Shown here in pieces: positions 60,956-64,000 of a stretch of DNA of 64,000 bases. The translations under genes and the position numbers were made by a program. Position 1 is the stretch's first letter; each line of letters opens with the position of its first letter. The notes beneath the pieces were generated by a model. That model saw only the letters and a list, made by a program, of their open reading frames with translations, was not told the origin of the DNA and searched no databases. The DNA is from Camelus dromedarius (taxonomy: Eukaryota): contig NC_087437.1 in assembly GCF_036321535.1 (NCBI RefSeq), positions 73,348,001-73,412,000 of the forward strand, given 5' to 3'.

Positions 60956-62502
60956 ATATATCTGTTTTTGTACCAATATCATGTTGTTTTAATTACTGCA
61001 GTTCTGTACTATTGTCTAAAGTCTGGAAGGGTTATTCTTTTTCTTCAGTATCGCTTTGGCAATTCTTTTAGACAGGCCAGAAATAAACCCAGACTTTTGG
61101 CCAATTCATCTTTGACAAAGGAAGCAAGAATATACAATGGAGTAAAGACAGCCTCTTCAGCAATCGGTGTTGGGAAAACTCAACAGCTGTATGTAAATCA
61201 ATGAAGTTAGTATACTCCCTTACACCATTACACAAAAATAAATTCAAAATGGCTTAAAGACCTAAACATAAGACAAGATACTATAAACCTCTTAGAAAAA
61301 AACATAGGCAAAACATTTGCTGATATAAATCTTAATGTTTTCCTAGGGAAGTCTACCCAGGCAATAGAAATACAAGCAAAGATAAACAAATGGGATCTAG
61401 TTAAACTTATAACCTTTTGCACAGCAAAGGAAACCATAAGCAAAACAAAAAGACAACCTACAGAATGAGAGAAAATATTTGCAAATGATGTGATGGACAA
61501 TGGTTTAATTTCCAGAATATGTAAGTAGCTCAGACAACTTAGTAACAAAACCGAACAAAAAAAAGCCCAATCCAAAAATGGGCAAACCTAAACAAGCAAT
61601 TCTCCAATGAAGACATGCAATAAGGCAATAAGCATATGAAAAAAATGCTCAATATCACTAATTATCAGAAAAATGCAAGTCAAAACTACAATGAGGTATC
61701 ACCTCACACTAGTCAGAATGGCCATTATTCAAAAGTTCTCAAACAGTAAGTGCTGGAGAGGGTGTGAAGAAAAGAGAATCCTCCTATAACTGTTGATGGC
61801 AATGTAGTTTGGTGCAGCTGTTTGGAAAACAGTATGGAGATTCCTTAACAAACTAAAATTAGACTTACCATATGATCCAGCAAACCCACTCTTGTGCATA
61901 TACCCAGAGGGAACTGTAATTCAAAAATACACATGTACCCTAATGTTCACAGTAGTACTATTTACAATAGCCAAGACATGGAAACAACCTACATGTCCAT
62001 CGACAGATGACTGGATAAAAAAGCTGTGGTATATTTATGCAATGGAATACTATTCGGCCATAAAAAATAAAATTATGCCATTTGCAGCAACATCGATATC
62101 CCCGGAGACTGTCATTCTAAGTGAAATAAGCCAGAAAGAGAAAGCAAAATACCACATGCTAACTCTCATATGTGAAATCTGAAAAAAGAAAAAAATGAAC
62201 ACATCTACAAAACTGAAACAGATTCACGGACATAGAAAACAATCTTATGGTCAACAGGGGAAAAAGGGGTGGGAAGGGATAAATTGGAAGTGTGATATTT
62301 GCAAATATTAACTACTATATATAAAACAGATAAAAAACAGATTTCTTCTGTATAGCACAGGGAACTACATTCAATATTTTGTAGTAAACTATAATGAAAA
62401 AGAATATGAAAATAAATATATGTATAGGTATGACTGAAACATTATGCTATACACCAGAAATTGACACATTGTAACTGTCTATACTTCAATTAAAAAAAAA
62501 AA
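60956..62502 (+). mobile_element. 5'-truncated L1 with inverted 5' segment (60956-61069)
   Basis: Sense part 61070-62502 contains CTLMFTVVLFTIAKTWKQPTCPSTDDWIKKLWYIYAMEYYSAIK, 3' UTR and poly(A). The first ~115 nt read as L1 ORF2 on the minus strand. Confidence 0.92.
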
Positions 62503-62774
62503 TTACAGGAAAACAGTAATGGCAGATACGTAAAGGAATGCTGGGTAATTCTACATCTAAAGAACCCTAACAAAATCTCGAGGAGACACATTAAAATTTC
62601 TTATTCTCAGGGAATCCAGGACCTAAGATGAATATAAAGACAAATGGGACTTTGTATATCCATTTTTAGGGAGAGACTAAGATTATTTTTACGAAGGCAG
62701 GCACATGAATGTATTAAACAAAGATTATATGTGAGTAGAAGAGAAAAATAAATGCCAGGTTTTGTTAACCAAAA

Positions 62775-64000
62775 AAAAAAAAGTATGTGGAGAAACAAAA
62801 GACACAGAATAGCCAACACTACTGAAGGAGAACAAAGTCAGAGAAGTGACACCATATTACTTCAAGGCTTACTATAAAGATACAGTAATCAAGACAGTGT
62901 GACATTGATGAAAGATCAGACAAACTGATGGAACAAAACAGAGAATCCAGAAACAGAATGTTTTAACTATAGCCAATTGATCTTTGACAAAGAAACAAAG
63001 GTAATATAACTGAGCAAATAGTCTTGTCAACAAGTGGTGCTGAACTGGATATCCACATGTAAAACTATAAATCTAGACAAGACTTTACACCCTTCACAAA
63101 AATTAACTCAAAACAGATCACAAACCTAAATGTAAAACACAAAACTATAACACTTCCAGGAGATAACACAGGAAAAAAATCTAGATGACCTTGGTATGGT
63201 GATGACTTTTTAGATTACAACACAAAAGACATGATACATGAAAGAAATAATGGATAAGGTGGCCATTATCAAAATTAAACATTTCTGCCCTGCAAAAGAC
63301 ATTATATCAAGAGAATGAGAAGACAAGCCACTGACTGGCAGGAAATGTTTGCAAAAGAAATATCTAATAAAAAACCATTATCCAAAATACACAAAGAATT
63401 TTTAAAACTCAACAATAAGAAAACAACTCGATTAAAAAATGGCCAAAGACCTTAAACACCTGATCAAAGAAGATATATAGATGGCAAATAAGCATATGAA
63501 AAGATGCTCAACATCATATCATTAAGGAATTGTAAATTGAAACAAGAAGATATCATTACACATTATTACAAAGGCCAAAATCCAAGCACTGACACCACCA
63601 AATCCTGACAAGGATGTGGAGCAAAAGAAACTCCCATTCACTGCTGGAGGGAAATGGCAAATGGTACAGCCACTCAGCCACTTTGAAAGACAGTTGGGTG
63701 GTTTGTTACAAAATGAAATATACTCTTATTGATCCAGCAATTGTGTTCCTTGGTATTTACCCAAATGAGCAGAAAACATATGCCTACACAGAAGCCTGCA
63801 TGGAGCTTTATTCATAATTACCAAAACAGAGAAGCAAAGCGTCCTTTAGTAGGTGAATGGATAAATAAATTGTGGTACATCCAGACAATGGAATAGCACT
63901 CAGTGCTACAATGAAATGTGCTATCAAGCCACAAAAAGACATGGAGAAACCTTAAATGCATATTGTTAAATTTTAAAAGCCAATATGCAAAGGCTATATA
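62775..64000 (+). mobile_element. Older L1M ORF2 3' region and start of 3' UTR, running off the window
   Basis: cttactataaagatacagtaatcaagacagtgtg, ttgatctttgacaaag, gatccagcaattgtgttccttggtatttacccaaatga. Confidence 0.9.

Noticed and set aside
55467..62182. L1-derived ORFs as functional endonuclease or reverse transcriptase genes
   Set aside because: Multiple frameshifts, stops, 5' truncation and deletion of the RT core.
1364..63817. Remaining 60-134 aa ORFs in the track
   Set aside because: AT-biased composition (F, L, I, K, Y rich), many overlap repeats or microsatellites, and none has recognisable domains or splice-consistent structure.
1..64000. CpG island or promoter, prokaryotic-type systems, CRISPR arrays, NUMT, processed pseudogene or viral coding insert
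   Set aside because: No CpG-rich region, no gene-dense or long unspliced ORFs, and nothing recognisable of these types on reading. Short or highly diverged inserts could have been missed without a database search.

Overview
AT-rich, CpG-poor mammalian genomic DNA lying within NECTIN3 (PVRL3, nectin cell adhesion molecule 3), transcribed on the minus strand. Exons 2-5 (three Ig domains) and the alpha terminal exon (TM domain, afadin-binding C-terminus EWYV) are present. All have GT-AG boundaries and join in a consistent reading frame (1490 coding nt in the window). Two further exons, 20528-20666 and 18312-18396, encode the alternative beta/gamma TM and tail and are missed by the ORF track. Exon 1 (beyond 64000) and the last beta exons (presumably below position 1) were not found. 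The introns hold L1, L2, MIR, L3/CR1, MaLR/ERVL LTRs, Tigger and hAT-Charlie elements, plus three tRNA-derived SINEs of camelid (vic-1-like) type, suggesting camel, alpaca or llama. I found no wholly new biological system. The best observations are several ways to switch the C-terminus (internal 3' splice site giving a TM-less form, tandem donor with an in-frame stop, read-through with an adjacent poly(A) signal), a probable templated insertion into a MER20, a twin-primed L1 and a candidate UG-flanked cryptic exon. Repeat family names come from my recall of consensus sequences, and repeat boundaries are approximate unless TSDs are given.
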